Positions 1 to 10,370 of a DNA stretch of 64,000 nucleotides are shown one piece after another. The first letter of the stretch is position 1. Every line of letters starts with the position of its first letter. This stretch comes from an uncultured Rickettsiales bacterium (GTDB lineage: Bacteria; Pseudomonadota; Alphaproteobacteria; Rickettsiales; RI-342). The translations under genes were made by a program, and so were the position numbers. Where the stretch lies: assembly GCA_964435165.1 (NCBI GenBank), contig CAYSXY010000006.1, positions 396-64,395 on the forward strand, given 5' to 3'. The notes under the pieces were generated by a model. That model saw only the letters and a program-made list of their open reading frames with translations, had not been told where the DNA came from and did not search any database.

Positions 1-2667
1 GAAGCAGAATGGGAACAGCTTAGCGACGACGCACTCAAGGCCAAAACGGCTGAATTCCGCACTCGGCTGGAGCAGGGTGAGACCGTCGATTCAATACTGG
101 CAGAGGCCTTTGCAACGGTTCGTGAAGCATCGAAGCGCACCTTAGGCCTGCGTCATTTCGATGTGCAGTTGATTGGCGGTATGGTGCTGCATAAAGGCAT
201 GATTTCCGAGATGAAAACCGGGGAAGGGAAAACACTGGTCTCCACCCTGCCCGCTTATCTCAACGCACTGAGCGGCAAAGGCGTTCATATTGTCACGGTT
301 AATGACTATCTTGCCCGACGAGACGCCGACTGGATGGGGGAGATATATGCATTTCTTGGTCTTAGCGTCGGCTGTATTCAGCATAATCAAAGCGATCTGG
401 AGCGTAAAGAGGTCTACGCTGCGGATATTACTTACGGCACCAACAATGAATTTGGCTTTGATTATCTGCGCGATAATATGAAATACGATCTGGCGGAGAT
501 GGTACAACGGCCATTCCATTATGCCATTGTCGATGAAGTTGACTCCATCCTGATTGATGAAGCACGCACGCCGCTGATTATCTCAGGGCCGACTGAAGAT
601 ACGTCCGATCTCTATATACAGGCCAATAAGATTATCCCAGAGCTGGATGCCGCACATTTTGACATTGATGAGAAGAGCAAGACGGTCACCTTGAGCGATG
701 ACGGGACGGAATATGTCGAGCAACTGCTCAAAGAGCACGGCATGATTCCCGAAGAGAGTAATCTCTATGACATCGACAATATCTCGGTTGTCCACCATGT
801 GAACCAATCGCTCAGAGCGCACCATCTCTTCCAGCGCGATGTCGATTATATCGTCCATAATCACAAAGTGGTGATTATTGATGAATTCACCGGCCGAATG
901 ATGGAAGGGCGGCGCTACTCCGATGGGCTGCATCAGGCGCTGGAGGCAAAAGAGGATGTGCCAATTCAAAACGAGAATCAGACCTTAGCCTCGATCACCT
1001 TCCAGAATTATTTTCGCCTCTATCCCAAACTGGCGGGCATGACCGGTACGGCCATGACGGAAGCCGCCGAATTTGAGGATATTTATCGACTACGCGTGCT
1101 GGAAATCCCGACCCATCGCGACATACAGCGTATTGATCATGATGATGAGATTTATCGTACTGTCGTGGAAAAATACGATGCGATTGTCGAACTGATTAAC
1201 GACTGCCACAAACGCAAGCAACCGGTGTTGGTGGGCACGGTGAGTATTGAACGCTCTGAAATACTCTCCGGCGTCTTGAAAAAGCATAAAATTCCGCATG
1301 AAGTGCTCAATGCCCGCCACCATGAACGTGAGGCACAAATCATTGCCCAGGCCGGACGCGCCGGAGCAGTGACCATCGCCACCAACATGGCCGGGCGCGG
1401 CACCGACATTATGCTCGGCGGTAACCCTGATATGCGTATCGCAGAAGAAACCGCCAAGCTTCGCGATGAGGCGGCGATTTCGAAAAAAGCCGAGACGATT
1501 CGTGCCGAGGTGGATAAAGAAAAGGCGCAGGTGTTAGAGGCCGGTGGGTTGTATATTATCGGGACAGAACGCCATGAGAGCCGCCGTATCGACAACCAGC
1601 TGCGTGGCCGATCCGGTCGCCAGGGTGATCCGGGTGCATCCAAATTCTTCCTGTCACTGGAAGATGATCTGATGCGTATTTTCGGCTCCGAACGTATGGA
1701 TGGGGTGCTACAAAAGCTCGGCTTACAAGAGGGTGAGGCAATTTATCATCCGTGGATGAGCAAGGCGTTGGAAAAAGCCCAGAAAAAGGTGGAAGGGCGC
1801 AATTATGAAATCCGCAAAAATCTGCTCAAATATGATGATGTGATGAATGATCAGCGCAAGGTTGTCTATGAGCAGCGGCGCGACATACTCGATAGTGAGA
1901 GCCTGCAAGAGGTGGTCAGCGGCATGCTGGATGAGGTGGTCGAGGATATGATTGTACAGGCCATCCCGCCGAAAAGCTACCCGGAGCAATGGGATACAGA
2001 GAGTTTAACGCAGGAAGCAAAACGCATTATTGGTGTGGATGTACCGGTGAAAGACTGGGCGGCGGAGGAAGGCATTGCCGATGATGATTTGCGCGAACGG
2101 CTGCATCAGCACGCTGAGACTATTCTGAAAGATAAAGAGGCGCGGTATACGCCGGAAGTGATGCGCACCGCTGAAAAGCGCGTGGTACTTCATGCGCTGG
2201 ATTATCTATGGAAAGAACATTTGCACGCGCTGGATCATCTGAGGCAGGGTATTACGCTGCGTGCTTACGGCCAGCGTGATCCACTCAATGAATATAAACA
2301 TGAGGCATTCAGCCTGTTTGAGCGCATGCTCTCGGAATTACGCGAGACGGTGATCTCACGCCTGATGCATATGGAAATCCGTATTGAGGGTCAACCGATG
2401 GACATGCCGCGGGCATTCAACCCGGAGCGCATGCGTGCAAGCCATGGTGATGACCCATCGCTCGCCCCCAACCCGATGCTGGCAGGTGAGATGGGAGGTG
2501 TTGGTGAGCCACAAGTCTCGGCAACCGTGGTGCCGCTACGCAGTCATGTCAAGCCGGAAGACCGAGACCCGGCTGACCCGGAAACATGGGGAAAAGTAGG
2601 CCGTAACGAAGCATGCCCGTGCGGCTCCGGCAAGAAATATAAGCATTGTCATGGGATGCTGGATTAA
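1..2667 (+). CDS. secA: Preprotein translocase ATPase SecA (5' end outside window)
   Basis: Frame 1 is open from base 1 ([15 protein letters not shown]...); track start 163 is an internal GTG. Motifs: MKTGEGKTL Walker [31 protein letters not shown]-terminal zinc motif [14 protein letters not shown]. Confidence 0.97.
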   Translation, partial: EAEWEQLSDDALKAKTAEFRTRLEQGETVDSILAEAFATVREASKRTLGLRHFDVQLIGGMVLHKGMISEMKTGEGKTLVSTLPAYLNALSGKGVHIVTVNDYLARRDADWMGEIYAFLGLSVGCIQHNQSDLERKEVYAADITYGTNNEFGFDYLRDNMKYDLAEMVQRPFHYAIVDEVDSILIDEARTPLIISGPTEDTSDLYIQANKIIPELDAAHFDIDEKSKTVTLSDDGTEYVEQLLKEHGMIPEESNLYDIDNISVVHHVNQSLRAHHLFQRDVDYIVHNHKVVIIDEFTGRMMEGRRYSDGLHQALEAKEDVPIQNENQTLASITFQNYFRLYPKLAGMTGTAMTEAAEFEDIYRLRVLEIPTHRDIQRIDHDDEIYRTVVEKYDAIVELINDCHKRKQPVLVGTVSIERSEILSGVLKKHKIPHEVLNARHHEREAQIIAQAGRAGAVTIATNMAGRGTDIMLGGNPDMRIAEETAKLRDEAAISKKAETIRAEVDKEKAQVLEAGGLYIIGTERHESRRIDNQLRGRSGRQGDPGASKFFLSLEDDLMRIFGSERMDGVLQKLGLQEGEAIYHPWMSKALEKAQKKVEGRNYEIRKNLLKYDDVMNDQRKVVYEQRRDILDSESLQEVVSGMLDEVVEDMIVQAIPPKSYPEQWDTESLTQEAKRIIGVDVPVKDWAAEEGIADDDLRERLHQHAETILKDKEARYTPEVMRTAEKRVVLHALDYLWKEHLHALDHLRQGITLRAYGQRDPLNEYKHEAFSLFERMLSELRETVISRLMHMEIRIEGQPMDMPRAFNPERMRASHGDDPSLAPNPMLAGEMGGVGEPQVSATVVPLRSHVKPEDRDPADPETWGKVGRNEACPCGSGKKYKHCHGMLD

Positions 2668-2676
2668 ACAGACTCA

Positions 2677-4023
2677 TCAGGAGTGTGGCGGTGCAACGGC
2701 GTTAACCAGACTTTGAGTCACCGCGTCATCGACTTGCTTGGTGCTGCGAATCAGCCGCGCGTCCTTGGCCATTTTGGTCATCTGCGCGCCAAAATCCTCA
2801 ATCCCTAATATGTGGGCCTGTTCGTTCAGCCAGTTCAGGATAGTGGTTGCGTCTTCGCGCGTCATCCATTTGCTGTTATCGGAACGTTCCTGCTGCGAAA
2901 GCTGTAGCTCTTGCAAGGTCACGGCTGCCACCCCCAGTAAAAGCTTATCCGTCTGAGGCATGTCATGATTCGGCAGTAGATTTTTCACACCTGGTATATG
3001 TGACATCACCCAAGTCGCCGGCCTGATTACAAGCGTATCAACCACCGCGCCGATGCCATTGGCAACATTCTGCATCCACTGTGGAAATGAATCCAGAAAC
3101 CCGCCGCCGGATGCCCCTTTAATCTCATTATTGATGGTTTTCCTGATATTGATATTGCTGTCTTTCATGCCCTTATCGGCGGCAATCTCCTCGGCCAGCC
3201 AGCGTTTGGCATCATTGACAATGCCCGGGGCTTCTTTCAATGCCTGACGGACAAAGCGGTTTCTTGAAACCTCTTCAAGATGGCCATGCTGCTCGCTTTG
3301 CTGCAGCAGGCTCATCATCATTTTCAGACTATGCGCCACGGCTTCGGGCTTCAGCGCCTGTTCTTCCGCCCCGGCAAAAACAGGCTGAAATTCGCGTTTA
3401 TCAATAGCCCCGTTCTGTAATGGCAATGGTATCTGTGGTCGATTGCCGGATGTTAATTCACGCAGGCGTTCCGTATCGACCTTCTTTCCATCAATGGCCG
3501 CGACATATTGTTCCGCAAACCCCAGATGCTTCAACCCCTCAACCGCCTCTACCGAGGTAGAGCTGCGTAGTTTGAGTTCGTCAGCCACCACACGGCCCGT
3601 CTTCGGCAGGCCGAATGCCTTTGGATGCACTCCCAACTGTGTCTCATCGAGACCCTCCATTTGTGAGACGGCCTTGAACATATCATTGGCAAGAAAGGAA
3701 AAATCGCGTTCCTGTTTGCGTTGATCGTCGGTAAGTGCTGTCTTACCGCTCCGCGCCTGTTCCACCTGCTGGCGCATGGTCTGTAATTCATCCAGCACTT
3801 CGCCCAATGGGCGCGACGAACGCCCGAGATTGATAGTCGTATCTAAAGTAATCACGCCGTCATTAATCAAGCGATGGACTGTTTCCAGATGGCGATCAAA
3901 CTGCTCCAATTGATGGCGAAGCACGCGCCGCATTTCATCGGGCGTCAATCCCAATGTCTCTTCCAGCATTTCGCCAATCAGGCCGGTTTTTATCTGGCGT
4001 TCGATAACGCGCTTTTTTGCCAT
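2677..4023 (-). CDS. Hypothetical protein, 448 aa (ORFan-like)
   Basis: Single long ORF with an ATG start. No signal peptide or TM segment, charged/helical N-terminal third, no motif I recognise. Stop lies 9 nt from the secA stop (convergent). Confidence 0.6.
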   Translation of the reverse strand: MAKKRVIERQIKTGLIGEMLEETLGLTPDEMRRVLRHQLEQFDRHLETVHRLINDGVITLDTTINLGRSSRPLGEVLDELQTMRQQVEQARSGKTALTDDQRKQERDFSFLANDMFKAVSQMEGLDETQLGVHPKAFGLPKTGRVVADELKLRSSTSVEAVEGLKHLGFAEQYVAAIDGKKVDTERLRELTSGNRPQIPLPLQNGAIDKREFQPVFAGAEEQALKPEAVAHSLKMMMSLLQQSEQHGHLEEVSRNRFVRQALKEAPGIVNDAKRWLAEEIAADKGMKDSNINIRKTINNEIKGASGGGFLDSFPQWMQNVANGIGAVVDTLVIRPATWVMSHIPGVKNLLPNHDMPQTDKLLLGVAAVTLQELQLSQQERSDNSKWMTREDATTILNWLNEQAHILGIEDFGAQMTKMAKDARLIRSTKQVDDAVTQSLVNAVAPPHS

Positions 4024-4096
4024 GGTCAGTAAATAGCTTTTTTATTTTATTCAAACGTTTATCATATTGGCATCCTATCGCACAATCTTTTCATTT

Positions 4097-5029
4097 TTAT
4101 GAAATTTCATGCGCTTTCGCCAGCGGATGATGCTCCGTTAGTAGCTCCCTGAGCCGTGACTCATACAGATGTGTGTAGATTTCGGTTGTTGAAATATCGA
4201 TATGGCCCAGCAAGGTTTGCACCGTGCGTAAATCCGCACCACGTTCCAACAGGTGGGTGGCGAAACTATGGCGTAGTTTGTGGGCAGAGACCTGAGCAGC
4301 CTCCAGCCCGGCCTGGTGCGCGAGCGATTTCAGTTCCATTTCAAGCATTTGGCGGGTCATATGGCTCGTCACTCTGGCATTTTTTCCTCCCGGAAACAGC
4401 CATGGCGCCGCCGTGTGACCGCGTGTCAGCGAGGAACGAACGGTCAGATAGTTCTCCAACGCCTCGACCGCCCGTGCATGGAGCGGCACGATGCGTTCCT
4501 TCCCTCCTTTGCCGCGAATACTGAGAAAATGTTGCCGCTCTTTTAGCAAAGGGCGCAGGTCCGCCAGCTTAAGCGAGAGAAGCTCCGAGGCGCGCATGCC
4601 ACTTGCATAGAGCAGTTCCAGCATGGCAACCAGCCGCGCTCCTTCCGGCCTGCTATCCTGATGGGCGACGTCCAGCAGGCGTTCAATATCCGCCAGCGAC
4701 AGGAGACGTGGCAAGCGCCTTCCCGTCTTCGGGCCGTCAATATGTGTGGCAGGGTTATCCGGCCGATGGCCTTCGCTTTGGATAAATCGGAAAAACTGGC
4801 GTAGGGCCGAGAGTTTGCGCGCAATGGAGCGAGGTAGTAGTCCCTGATGGTTCAGTTCCGCCAGGTAGCGGCGAATTTCCTCTTCATCGCATGTCACGGC
4901 AGAGTGATGAGTGAATGCGAAAAAGCCGGAAATATCTCGCCGGTAGGCTGCAATCGTGTGTGGCGACGCACCACGCTCCGCGGTTAATGCTTCTAAAAAT
5001 GCCTCCAGATACAGACTGTCGTCAGCCAT
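4097..5029 (-). CDS. xerD: Site-specific tyrosine recombinase XerD
   Basis: N-terminal LTAERGASPHTIAAYRRDI and C-terminal catalytic box HKLRHSFATHLLERGADLRTVQTLLGHIDISTTEIYTH (R..HxxR..Y), XerD-like. Start overlaps the upstream ORF stop by 8 nt. Confidence 0.9.
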   Translation of the reverse strand: MADDSLYLEAFLEALTAERGASPHTIAAYRRDISGFFAFTHHSAVTCDEEEIRRYLAELNHQGLLPRSIARKLSALRQFFRFIQSEGHRPDNPATHIDGPKTGRRLPRLLSLADIERLLDVAHQDSRPEGARLVAMLELLYASGMRASELLSLKLADLRPLLKERQHFLSIRGKGGKERIVPLHARAVEALENYLTVRSSLTRGHTAAPWLFPGGKNARVTSHMTRQMLEMELKSLAHQAGLEAAQVSAHKLRHSFATHLLERGADLRTVQTLLGHIDISTTEIYTHLYESRLRELLTEHHPLAKAHEIS

Positions 5030-7106
5030 AATAGACCCAGTGAAGCATCACCTCACGCGCCAGTTGATAGGCATAATGATCGAGCTCGGCCTCTCGCAAC
5101 TGACGAATCAGTGACGCCACCGATTCATCAGGTCTTGCGGCCAGTGATATCTGGCCCCAACCGGCGGCATAGAGCAATGCCTCACCGGTACGTTTTTCAC
5201 GCAATAGCTGACCCCACTGATCGATCTCATCAGAGGCTATCGGCCTATCATAGGCCCTGGCCTCATATGCCTCCATGGGCAGTATCTCGGCCTGTGCGAT
5301 ATGCTGGCGAGTGTCTGGCTTCAGCGCCACCCCCAGCGCCTCCAAGACCGTGGCCAGGCGCATTAATGCCTGTTGCTGAATCGGTGTCATGCTGTCGGGT
5401 GGGCTGAGCAGGCGTCCCGCCTCCTGCATCATAGCATCATCATCCGGCGTTGCACGCAACAATGCCATGATCACTTGCCAGTTTTCCTTGCCGATGCCTT
5501 CCATGCCATAGGTTGAGGCCGAGGTCACCGCTTCCAGCCACAAACCGGCTTCATCTTCATACCCGGCCCCCAACAGGATAGCAATCATATCGCGCGCCAG
5601 GGCAAAATGCGCCGGTTTACGAAAGATGGTACGGGACAGACGCAGCATTTCTTCCCCATAGAGCGCCACGGCTACAGGCATTAATGCTGCACGGCGGTAT
5701 TGCTCAATAACATGAGGCAGCCTTTCTAATACATCCTGCACCAGCGTCAGTTGTTGCAACTCATGATAGCGCTGTGCGCGGCTTATCGGGGTTTCAGTAT
5801 CACTCATTGAAGGGGCTGACAGTGTTAATGCTTTTTTGTCAATGGATTGATACAGCTCGACTAACTCTTTGCCTGACATCGCCCCAACCATCACTGCCTG
5901 CTCTGCCGCCTGAAGCCGAACGGACGCCGGAAGCCTGGGATGCAATGCATGAACCCTTCCCCAGCGCTCCGGCTGATGCTCATATAATGCGTGTGCGACA
6001 TCATCGCCTGCCGCCTGCATCGCCAGAATTTCCAACATATCTAATTCATCCTGCACAATCATCGCGGCGGGTGGATGATCCGGCAATGGCAATTGTTTAT
6101 TGCCCATCCCTGCCAGTAATTGTTGCAGCCAATAGGGCACCTCCTGCCCCTGCTCACGCATCAATTCCACCAGTAAGGCGGCCTTATCAAACGCACCTTC
6201 CTGTCCATAACAAAAAAGCTGGCGTCGCTGCCAGACCACATCCTCAATCTTTCCCGGCAATTGCTGTAAGAGACGACAGGCCTGATCGAACTTAAAATCC
6301 GTCACATCGTGCCAGGACATCCAGCCATGCCAGCGTATCTCACGCTGTGCCAGTGGCACCGCCATAAGCAGGGCCCGCATTGCATCATAGGCTTGTAATT
6401 GCGCCAACATGCGAACCCGCGCATAGAGAAAATCTCCTTCTTCAACCTGGCTATTCGGCATCAAGCGGGGCACTGCCGTTTGGAGTAGCGCCACATCAAT
6501 TATGCTTTCGCGGAATGTCGCAACCTGTAGATTACGCAGCGGGTTCATCGCGGTCATGGCCTGCGTGACCGTACTGCGCTGCCAGATATCAGCAGGCAAT
6601 GACACCTCGCCTGGCCGCTTGACTCCGGCGCTGGCCGCCGAGACATCTTTCAATGTATTCACGGCAATCTTCGGTTCCGAGGCAATAATACCCGTGACAG
6701 GCACCTGCTCCGCCTCTGGCAGCGATATGCTGGCGCCCGCTGATGGTTCTGTTTTCTCCAATTCGTATCTAATGTGAGGTGGTTGTGGTGACACATCCAC
6801 TGGTGAACGGACTGTCTCTTTCGGCTGGTTACTCTCTGATGCATGCGGCTGTGGTAAAGATGACGTCGCATTCGGACTGTGTGGCGGACTGTTCTGATCA
6901 ATCGGCACCTCGCGGGAACGTAACTCCACCCCACCATCCGGCAGGGTAATCATCTCCAGAGGTGCACCACTCTCTGGTAATGTGTCAGAACTATCCCGGG
7001 CCAGTGTGGCATTTGACGCCATTACAATGAGGCACATACCTACAAGAGAAGATGTCGCCCGCGCCAAACGCCTTAAAAAAGGGCCTTTATTCAATATAAA
7101 GCTCAT
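5022..7106 (-). CDS. Large secreted/periplasmic protein of unknown function, translationally coupled to xerD
   Basis: Track start 7124 is TTG; the first ATG is 7106 (MSFILNKGPFLRRLARATSSLVGMCLIVMASNATLA, signal-peptide-like). A Pro/Ser-rich linker is followed by a long helical region. From memory, a similar large protein sits next to xerD/aroK in other alphaproteobacteria. Confidence 0.65.
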   Translation of the reverse strand: MSFILNKGPFLRRLARATSSLVGMCLIVMASNATLARDSSDTLPESGAPLEMITLPDGGVELRSREVPIDQNSPPHSPNATSSLPQPHASESNQPKETVRSPVDVSPQPPHIRYELEKTEPSAGASISLPEAEQVPVTGIIASEPKIAVNTLKDVSAASAGVKRPGEVSLPADIWQRSTVTQAMTAMNPLRNLQVATFRESIIDVALLQTAVPRLMPNSQVEEGDFLYARVRMLAQLQAYDAMRALLMAVPLAQREIRWHGWMSWHDVTDFKFDQACRLLQQLPGKIEDVVWQRRQLFCYGQEGAFDKAALLVELMREQGQEVPYWLQQLLAGMGNKQLPLPDHPPAAMIVQDELDMLEILAMQAAGDDVAHALYEHQPERWGRVHALHPRLPASVRLQAAEQAVMVGAMSGKELVELYQSIDKKALTLSAPSMSDTETPISRAQRYHELQQLTLVQDVLERLPHVIEQYRRAALMPVAVALYGEEMLRLSRTIFRKPAHFALARDMIAILLGAGYEDEAGLWLEAVTSASTYGMEGIGKENWQVIMALLRATPDDDAMMQEAGRLLSPPDSMTPIQQQALMRLATVLEALGVALKPDTRQHIAQAEILPMEAYEARAYDRPIASDEIDQWGQLLREKRTGEALLYAAGWGQISLAARPDESVASLIRQLREAELDHYAYQLAREVMLHWVYYG

Positions 7107-7233
7107 GATCGAGCTCTTTTTCAACCGGGCGTGACGGCGCCGGAATATCGAGTGACGTCAGATAGATATAGCTGCCGGCACCAATAAGTATGAGCACCAA
7201 CAAGCCAACCATAAGCGAACGATGCTGTTTCAT
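7087..7233 (-). CDS. Speculative 48-aa single-TM small ORF (not in ORF track)
   Basis: Hand translation gives ATG 7233 to TAA 7087: MKQHRSLMVGLLVLILIGAGSYIYLTSLDIPAPSRPVEKELDHELYIE. It has one hydrophobic helix, no clear SD, and overlaps the ATG (7106) of the downstream gene by 20 nt. Confidence 0.25.
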   Translation of the reverse strand: MKQHRSLMVGLLVLILIGAGSYIYLTSLDIPAPSRPVEKELDHELYIE

Positions 7234-7395
7234 ATGCGGCAAGGAATGATTATGATGGTTGTGAAGAGAGCGACAGTCGCCTTTCGTCTAATAATGCGAT
7301 ATTAAGGGCGTCTGCTGCTTCGTTCAACCCCAACGCATGACGCATCATGTGATGACGCAATCATCTCGTGTTATGTCACAGAAGCCCGATCGATT

Positions 7396-7977
7396 ATGAT
7401 TTTACGCCGTTCATCTCCACCATTATCCTTACCATGCCCCGTTGTACTGGTGGGAATGATGGGATCAGGTAAATCAACGATCGGCCATCGGCTGGCCAAA
7501 AAACTGAGCCTACCCTTTTATGATACGGATCAGCGTATTGAAGCGCGGCTGGGTGTGAGTGTCAGTGATATCTTTGCATATGAAGGAGAGGCGTATTTTC
7601 GCAGGATGGAAGATACGGTCATGCGTGAGTTAGTTGATAGCCCGCCCTCCGTTATTGGCACCGGAGGCGGACTTTATATGCAGGACGCATTGCGGCAACT
7701 GATTAACGCACGCACGATCAGTATCTGGCTTCAAGCCCCGCTTGACGTGTTAGTCGAACGCGTCTCACGACGTCACACTCGACCTCTGCTTGAACAGGGC
7801 GATAAACACTCTATACTCAGCAATCTGTTGGCGACGCGAGAACCATTTTATCGGCAAGCTCACCTTCATATCGACAGCGCCGCAGGCAGCCATGCGGCGA
7901 TCGTCCATACCATTATTCGCCAATTGAAAGAGCATGTGTCCCGTATACCTTCCGATGCCTCCACCCATGCCGACTGA
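7396..7977 (+). CDS. aroK: Shikimate kinase
   Basis: P-loop VVLVGMMGSGKSTIGHRLA, then FYDTD and TGGGL motifs of shikimate kinase. The stop is overlapped by the aroB start. Confidence 0.9.
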   Translation: MILRRSSPPLSLPCPVVLVGMMGSGKSTIGHRLAKKLSLPFYDTDQRIEARLGVSVSDIFAYEGEAYFRRMEDTVMRELVDSPPSVIGTGGGLYMQDALRQLINARTISIWLQAPLDVLVERVSRRHTRPLLEQGDKHSILSNLLATREPFYRQAHLHIDSAAGSHAAIVHTIIRQLKEHVSRIPSDASTHAD

Positions 7978-9076
7978 ATTCCTGGAATTACCCGTTACCT
8001 TAGGTCAGCGCAGCTACCCGATTCGTGTCGGTAGTGGCGCCCTTTCCTTAGCAGCAGATACGGTATCAACTCTCTTGCCGGAGTGTCGACGCCTCATCAT
8101 CCTCAGTGATACGCATGTTATGAATGCTTATGGATCGATCCTCACCACGCAACTCACTGAGGCAGGATATGACTACCTTGACCTCACCGTAGCCCCGGGC
8201 GAGGGCAGCAAATCTTTTGGGGAACTGGAGCGGTTGGCCAATGCCGTGCTGCATTGGGGCATTGATCGCCAGAGCGCCCTTCTGGCCCTTGGGGGCGGTG
8301 TGGTCGGCGATTTGGGCGGATTTCTGGCAAGCATCCTGCTGCGTGGTATCCCGTTCATCCAACTGCCAACCACGTTACTGGCCCAGGTTGATAGCTCCGT
8401 CGGCGGTAAGACGGCCATTAACAGCCCGGTCGGTAAAAACCTCATCGGCAGCTTTTATCAACCCCGGCTGGTGCTGGCCGATACGGATACGCTTCGTAGC
8501 CTGCCTGCGCGTGAATTGCGCGCCGGCTACGCTGAAATCGTTAAATATGCGCTGATTGGCGATGCCGCTTTTTTTGAATGGCTAGAGGCGCATAGTGGTG
8601 ACATCCTCGCCTGCGACGGCCCTGCGCTGCGCCATGCCATTTACACCGGTTGTTCACATAAAGCCCGAATCGTTGCTGCTGATGAGACCGAGCAAAGCCA
8701 GCGCGCATTGCTTAATCTCGGCCATACCTTTGGTCATGCCTATGAGAAATATTTCGGCTATGACGGTCGCTTATTGCATGGTGAAGCGGTTGCGTTGGGA
8801 ATGGTGCAGGCGTTTCAGTTGTCAGCTGCTCTCGGCCACTGCGACCCCGGCCATGCAGTGCGACTCACCGCATTGCTGCAACAGGCAGGACTGCCGACAT
8901 CCCCTCGCGATCTGCCTGACACCCCGCCGCCAAAAGATATCCTGAATGCGATGTATGACGATAAAAAATCGCTGCGTGGTAGTCTGACCTTTATTCTTGC
9001 GCGGGGTATCGGAGAGGCGTTTATTGCACGTGATGTTCCCGCTAATGCGGTGATGGCTGTATTGGAGTCTGCTTGA
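7967..9076 (+). CDS. aroB: 3-dehydroquinate synthase
   Basis: Motifs LGGGVVGDLGGF, VDSSVGGKTAIN, GHTFGHA, LHGEAVALGM. Track start is 7934; in-frame ATG 7967 (MPTEFLELPVTLGQRSYPI) fits the family N-terminus and overlaps the aroK stop by 11 nt. Confidence 0.9.
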   Translation: MPTEFLELPVTLGQRSYPIRVGSGALSLAADTVSTLLPECRRLIILSDTHVMNAYGSILTTQLTEAGYDYLDLTVAPGEGSKSFGELERLANAVLHWGIDRQSALLALGGGVVGDLGGFLASILLRGIPFIQLPTTLLAQVDSSVGGKTAINSPVGKNLIGSFYQPRLVLADTDTLRSLPARELRAGYAEIVKYALIGDAAFFEWLEAHSGDILACDGPALRHAIYTGCSHKARIVAADETEQSQRALLNLGHTFGHAYEKYFGYDGRLLHGEAVALGMVQAFQLSAALGHCDPGHAVRLTALLQQAGLPTSPRDLPDTPPPKDILNAMYDDKKSLRGSLTFILARGIGEAFIARDVPANAVMAVLESA

Positions 9077-10350
9077 TGACCGGAATAGAAATTACCCTGC
9101 TCGCCCTGATTGTCATTTTGCTGTTGCTACTATCGGGCTTTTTTTCCGGCTCGGAGACGGCATTAACCGCCATTTCCCGCGCGCGTATCCACGCATTGGA
9201 GAAGGAAGGCAACCGGCGTGCGTCGTTTGTGCGCAGACTACGCGACGATAAGGAAAGGCTGATCGGAACCATCCTGCTCGGCAATAATCTGGTGAATATT
9301 ACGGCCTCGGCGTTGGCCACAACCCTGGCGATTCAATTATTCGGTTTCGAAGGGGTGGCCGCCGCGACGCTGATCCTGACGATTTTGGTCATCATTTTTG
9401 CTGAAGTACTGCCCAAAACCTTTGCCATTCAGCATACGGAACGTGCGGCGCTGTTTGTCTCGCCCGTCTTTCTGTTTTTAGTCAAAATCAGCTACCCTAT
9501 CACCACGCTGGTCTATGCGATGGTTCGCGTTATTTTCAGACTTTTCGGGGTGCGCGAAGCACAATCCTACGTGTCGGCCCGCGAAGCGATCCGCGGCATG
9601 ATTGATCTGCATCATCAGGAAGGGGAAATGGAGCGTATCGACCGGGATATGCTGGGAAGCGTGCTGGATCTGGCCGAAGTACAGGTGGCGGAGGTGATGG
9701 TGCATCGCACCGATATGGTGCGTATCGATGCCGCCATGCCACCGGCCCAGATCATCGCCCGTGTGATGGATAGTATTCATACGCGCCTGCCACTCTATCG
9801 GGAGAATGAAGATAATATCGTGGGTATTATCCATGCCAAAGATGTGCTGCGTGCTATTCGCAAACCTGGCGTTAAAATCAATGATATCGACATTCTCTCC
9901 ATTGCCATGGAACCCTGGTTTATCCCCGAAACCACTACCTTGCTGGATCAACTCCATGCATTTCGGCGACGGCGCTTTCATTTTGCCCTGGTGGTCGATG
10001 AATATGGCGTCTTGCAAGGCCTGATCACTCTCGAAGATATTCTGGAAGAAATTGTCGGCCAGATTGATGATGAACATGACCGGCAAGCGATGGGTGTACG
10101 CAAACTGGCGGATGGTAGCATCCTGTCACGTGGCACGACGACCATTCGCGATCTGAACCGTATGTTTGACTGGAACCTGCCGGATGAACATGCCGCAACG
10201 ATCGCCGGGCTGGTGATTCATGAAGCACGCATCATCCCTGAAGTAGGGGAACAGTTCATTTTTCACGATTTCAGTTTTGAGATCACGCAAAAAGACCGCA
10301 ATCAGGTGACCATGCTCAAAATCCGTCCTGTACCAGACTCAGCTTTATAA
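9076..10350 (+). CDS. HlyC/CorC (CNNM) family membrane protein: DUF21 + CBS pair + CorC_HlyC
   Basis: N-terminal multi-TM region, CBS-pair region, C-terminal LEDILEEIVGQIDDEHD pattern. ATG 9076 forms a TGATG junction with the aroB stop; track start 9073 is TTG. Confidence 0.85.
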   Translation: MTGIEITLLALIVILLLLLSGFFSGSETALTAISRARIHALEKEGNRRASFVRRLRDDKERLIGTILLGNNLVNITASALATTLAIQLFGFEGVAAATLILTILVIIFAEVLPKTFAIQHTERAALFVSPVFLFLVKISYPITTLVYAMVRVIFRLFGVREAQSYVSAREAIRGMIDLHHQEGEMERIDRDMLGSVLDLAEVQVAEVMVHRTDMVRIDAAMPPAQIIARVMDSIHTRLPLYRENEDNIVGIIHAKDVLRAIRKPGVKINDIDILSIAMEPWFIPETTTLLDQLHAFRRRRFHFALVVDEYGVLQGLITLEDILEEIVGQIDDEHDRQAMGVRKLADGSILSRGTTTIRDLNRMFDWNLPDEHAATIAGLVIHEARIIPEVGEQFIFHDFSFEITQKDRNQVTMLKIRPVPDSAL

Positions 10351-10370
10351 TGCCACTCTGGTCATGCGTC

